A DNA stretch of 63,033 nucleotides, filler included, from Craspedostauros australis (Eukaryota), in NCBI GenBank assembly GCA_030167865.1. It is 6 parts of 6 records of this genome, joined end to end, with 100 filler letters (N's around TTAATTAATTAA, not from the genome) between each part and the next. Parts side by side here need not be neighbours in the genome. Positions count along the whole stretch, not along the records: positions 52,040 to 63,033 come from JALAGF010005358.1; 5 more parts are not named here. One strand, 5' to 3'. Numbering within the stretch: the first letter of the stretch is position 1; the number at the start of each line of letters is the position of its first letter. A program made the position numbers and the translations under genes. Shown piece by piece: positions 59,610 to 63,033 of this stretch. The notes beneath the pieces were generated by a model that made no database searches, was not told where the DNA came from, and was given only the letters and a program-made list of their open reading frames with translations.

Positions 59610-61404
59610 GTCTTTGTCACATGTCATGTCACCATTTGTGCTCTTGGGTGACTGAGGGATCGCCTCCATTTCTCTTCCTCAGTGGTTCTCCCTTTTGGGT
59701 GATTCCGGAGTGTCTCTTTCCATCGAGGCATGTTGACTTGTTAGAGATTTATTGTTTGTATCATTCATAGTCTTGGCTCATGCGCAGATGCATCCCTTGT
59801 GGTTGGATCCCAGGTTCGCACTCATTGTCGTGATAGACCATGGACAGACTCTGTTGCAGGGCATGACTGGGTGTGATGCCAGTCACAGATGGTCATCTGA
59901 GGTAGGACATGCTACAAGGTGGTCCGAGTGTGATCAACAATAGTTGAATCTATTGAGTCATCATGATGTATTGAGAGGTGCGGTAATCTTAGGTATCTTG
60001 ACAAAGTCGTCCTCCCGATTCCTCACAGTTTTCACAAAAGGGTCGCAGGGCCATGTAGCACCAGTACCACAGGTGGTTCCGTCCATTGGGATGGGAGCAT
60101 AGCAAAGGTCTACAATACAGGTTCCACGTCTTGCTGTTCCCTGGATCCGGCTGTCTTAGCCGGACATCGAGATTCCCATGGAAAGAGTTCCAATGACCTG
60201 GTCATTGGAATCCTTTTTCTTGGATCCGAGGGCCCAAAGATCTTCTTCAATGACTCATGCTTGCTCCAAACGTGGCTATCCAAGATGTGGTCCGGACCAA
60301 TCCGAGTGAGAGTGAGTCATGAGTGCCAGGAAATCCTCTCCTAACCTAAATGCTAGTTTAGCGTATTAGCATCCCAAACACAACATTGCATAGGTTTTAA
60401 TGCAAAGGTGTATAACTGGTACCAATTTGCAAGCAATGACGACACCAACAACAGCGATCGCGACAAGTCAAAGAGTGTTTTAGTCTTGGATGTTGCGGTA
60501 GATACTGATATGCCACACTTATTGAAATAGTGCCGACTGAATCGACTGGACCTTCCAACAGTACGATCACGAGGATACTCTGCGATGTGATGTTCATCAG
60601 GTGTTCCGATTCGCTCGTGACCTCGATACATAGGACTCAAAGTAGCCAAACAAAGATACGAAAACGCGTGCAGTTTTCGCGCGTTCGTTGGCAAACGGCC
60701 GTCGCGGAGGCGGGCGTTCCACTCTTCGCTCCACCCAGACGTTGTCCTGCCTTTTTGTCATCGACGATCAGGATCCGAAAAAGCTGCAGCACGGATCTTG
60801 TCTTCACGGGAGCGTTTTCGCCCATGTCACTTTGGGAGGCAGTGGATGTGGCACAAGGGAGGTCGGTCCAAACAAGAAACGGCCGCGCCATCAACAAGGG
60901 GCACTTTGGCACAGGGATGCATCTCTGTCGCTCGTCCAGTCTTGACTTTGATGCCATTCTCTCACCCGCCAGAGGGCAAGGCCCCCAACCTCTTGCTTGT
61001 TGGTGTGAAGATGTCATCAAGATCTGATGAGACGTCACAGTTTGTTTCGAAGCGGAAATGGCGCGAGCGGAATGAGAGGCGACGCTTTTTGGAAACAAGT
61101 CGCGCGATACCCGCCTCTTTCTGTTGGGTGGTCGACAGCGCAACAACCAAAAACAGACAATCAATCAAGCAAACAAGGAAATGCCATCATGCTTTTTTTG
61201 TTTCGCTATCAACAGCATCATGTGGCACCAACAGCGATAAAATCAAGTGACAGGGCCTCACTCCCTCAGCACTCCCAACTTCGCGGCTCCTGGCGATCTC
61301 GCGACAATCTTGTGGCAATCCACGCGCTGCTTTGCTCAAAGGTGAATGATCATTCTGCAAGAGAAGTTCGAAGGTCATAACATTGCCACCTTGGCCGAAA
61401 TCGA

Positions 61405-61407
<3 letters not shown>

Positions 61408-61437
<30 letters not shown>
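61408..61437. repeat. (CT)n microsatellite upstream of the ATPase gene
   Basis: Perfect dinucleotide run. Confidence 0.9.
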
Positions 61438-61441
<4 letters not shown>

Positions 61442-61493
61442 TATTACCACTCCACATCACATCACACCACACCACACCACATCACTTCGCACC

Positions 61494-63033
61494 ATGGAGA
61501 TCGAACAGGCCCAAATCTGTTTTGACAACCTCCCATCATCCATCGGAGAGTTCCAAAAGGACGGATACTCTTCCACGGAGGCAGAGGAGGAAGGAGAGCA
61601 GAACGTCAGCACCTCCTTCTCTTCCATCGACGATGGATCTGGCATGGCCAAAGACGACGCCAACCCTAACACCACCACGAACGACGATGGAGCTGGTGCA
61701 GTTGGCCCATCAAGTGGCGTCGCTCCCTGGAAGGATACATCGCAATTCCTCGGTCGAGAGGCAGAGCTCGAGCAGCTCAAAGCTCTGAAGGACAAGGTCA
61801 TCGGTGAGCACAAGAGCGATGCTACGACTAATCTTCCTTCTCCGCAGGAGCCATCGACTGATGAGGCAGACAACAAGGCCAAGACTGAACCATCATCAAC
61901 ACCAAAAGCAACCAAGAAGCTCGATGTGCATCCAGCTGTACTGGTCTGGGGTGTCAGCGGTACAGGAAAGTCCGCTCTCGTTGATCACTTCCTGGAGACA
62001 TGCTGCATTTGCAGCAAGGGCTCCAACCAGAAGCAGAAGCAGCAGAGCAACGAACAGGCAGCATCCTCGTCATCCTCTTGCTCCTGTTGCTACGTCCTGC
62101 GTGGAAAGTATGACGAGTACACAGGAAAGAGTGACCCATTCTCGGCCATCGTCCAGGCCATCCAAGACTTCACATCTCAACTCAAGAACGGACCCAAGGA
62201 AGAACTCGATCGGATGCGTGAATGCGTGCGAGCGGCATTCCCCAGCGGCGGGCTTCGTCCAATGGTGAAAGTGGTGCCATCTCTCTCCATCTTGACATCC
62301 AAGTCAGCACGAGGCGACGCTTCTGTTATGAGCCAATCCGTCAGCCAGCGCGATAACTACAGCACCAGCATGAACGGTAGCATCGCCAACGGTGAATCGC
62401 CTTCACCAGCGGCGGGCGGAGCCATGACAGAAAAGATGTGGAACCAACTCCAGTACATCTTCGTACAGTTCATTAAGGCAGTCTCGACGAAGGAACGACC
62501 CATCTACATGTTCCTCGACGATCTGCAGTGGTCTGCCGAGGTGGGCCTTAGCCTGATTGCCCGGTTGGTAGCTGATTTCGGGTTGCAAAACTTCCTTCTG
62601 CTTGGTGCCATTCGTCAGGACACCAACCCGCATACAGATGAACCACTGGATCTCACTCCAGACCACCCGCTGGCGCGGTGCCTCGTCACGCCGTTGTCGT
62701 CAGAGGAGGGTGAAGACGGCACCCACAAAGCAGGTGGTCCCGATGATGCATCCGTTGTGACTTCCACCACATCAATGTCCCAAGCCAGGAAGCGCCGCCC
62801 TCCGCGAACCCTCCAGCAGATCACGATCACCAACCTCGCGCTGGATGACATGACCGCATGGCTCTCAAGCATGCTGGACTGCAACGACATCGAAGATCTA
62901 TCCGAGAAGCTCCACGCCAAGACAGATGGAAACGTCTTCTTCACCCTGCAAGCTCTCGAAGAGCTGGAGAGAAAGGACATTCTCGCCTTCAACTCCATTT
63001 CCCAGCAATGGGAGTGGAGCCTTTCCAACCCAG
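61494..63033 (+). CDS. STAND-class AAA ATPase (AAA_16-like), runs off the window end
   Basis: Absent from the ORF track because it has no stop in the window. My translation gives FLGREAELEQL, Walker A GVSGTGKS, GKYD..PFSAI, Walker B MFLDDLQWS, and KTDGNVFF. Confidence 0.9.
   Translation, partial: MEIEQAQICFDNLPSSIGEFQKDGYSSTEAEEEGEQNVSTSFSSIDDGSGMAKDDANPNTTTNDDGAGAVGPSSGVAPWKDTSQFLGREAELEQLKALKDKVIGEHKSDATTNLPSPQEPSTDEADNKAKTEPSSTPKATKKLDVHPAVLVWGVSGTGKSALVDHFLETCCICSKGSNQKQKQQSNEQAASSSSSCSCCYVLRGKYDEYTGKSDPFSAIVQAIQDFTSQLKNGPKEELDRMRECVRAAFPSGGLRPMVKVVPSLSILTSKSARGDASVMSQSVSQRDNYSTSMNGSIANGESPSPAAGGAMTEKMWNQLQYIFVQFIKAVSTKERPIYMFLDDLQWSAEVGLSLIARLVADFGLQNFLLLGAIRQDTNPHTDEPLDLTPDHPLARCLVTPLSSEEGEDGTHKAGGPDDASVVTSTTSMSQARKRRPPRTLQQITITNLALDDMTAWLSSMLDCNDIEDLSEKLHAKTDGNVFFTLQALEELERKDILAFNSISQQWEWSLSNP

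Larger units (their letters stand above)
57257..60027 (-). mobile_element. Outer family B solo LTR (~780 bp once the nested insert is removed)
   Basis: Minus-strand start TGTGAGGAATCGGGAGGACGAC at 60027 and end ...GGATTCTCAACA at 57257. Flanks (AATACT, GTTTTC) do not form a TSD. Confidence 0.7.

Overview
Eukaryotic draft scaffold, most likely a diatom (inferred from gene families, GT-AG introns and Copia-like elements). It is stitched from six contigs by artificial N44-TTAATTAATTAA-N44 linkers, so adjacency across those linkers is not trustworthy. Host genes: hybrid histidine kinase, N-acylated PDZ protein, two TPR-like paralogs, 3-exon Ariadne RBR E3 ligase, two identical tRNA-Pro(TGG) genes, a membrane-anchored flavoprotein, a head-to-head pair of sulfotransferase-like genes, secreted proteins, a 5-exon nucleotide cyclase-phosphodiesterase and a partial STAND/AAA ATPase. 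Mobile DNA: Ty1/copia gag-pol copies with an ~800-bp LTR (family A), a second LTR family (B), a probable DIRS-like element whose ORF1 carries an RNase H1 hybrid-binding domain, and a ~960-bp TIR element. The most striking pattern is three LTR insertions into an LTR of their own family, each antisense and 300-410 bp from the target's 5' end. Two of them have exact 6-bp target-site duplications and form a three-tier nest of solo LTRs at 57257-60027.
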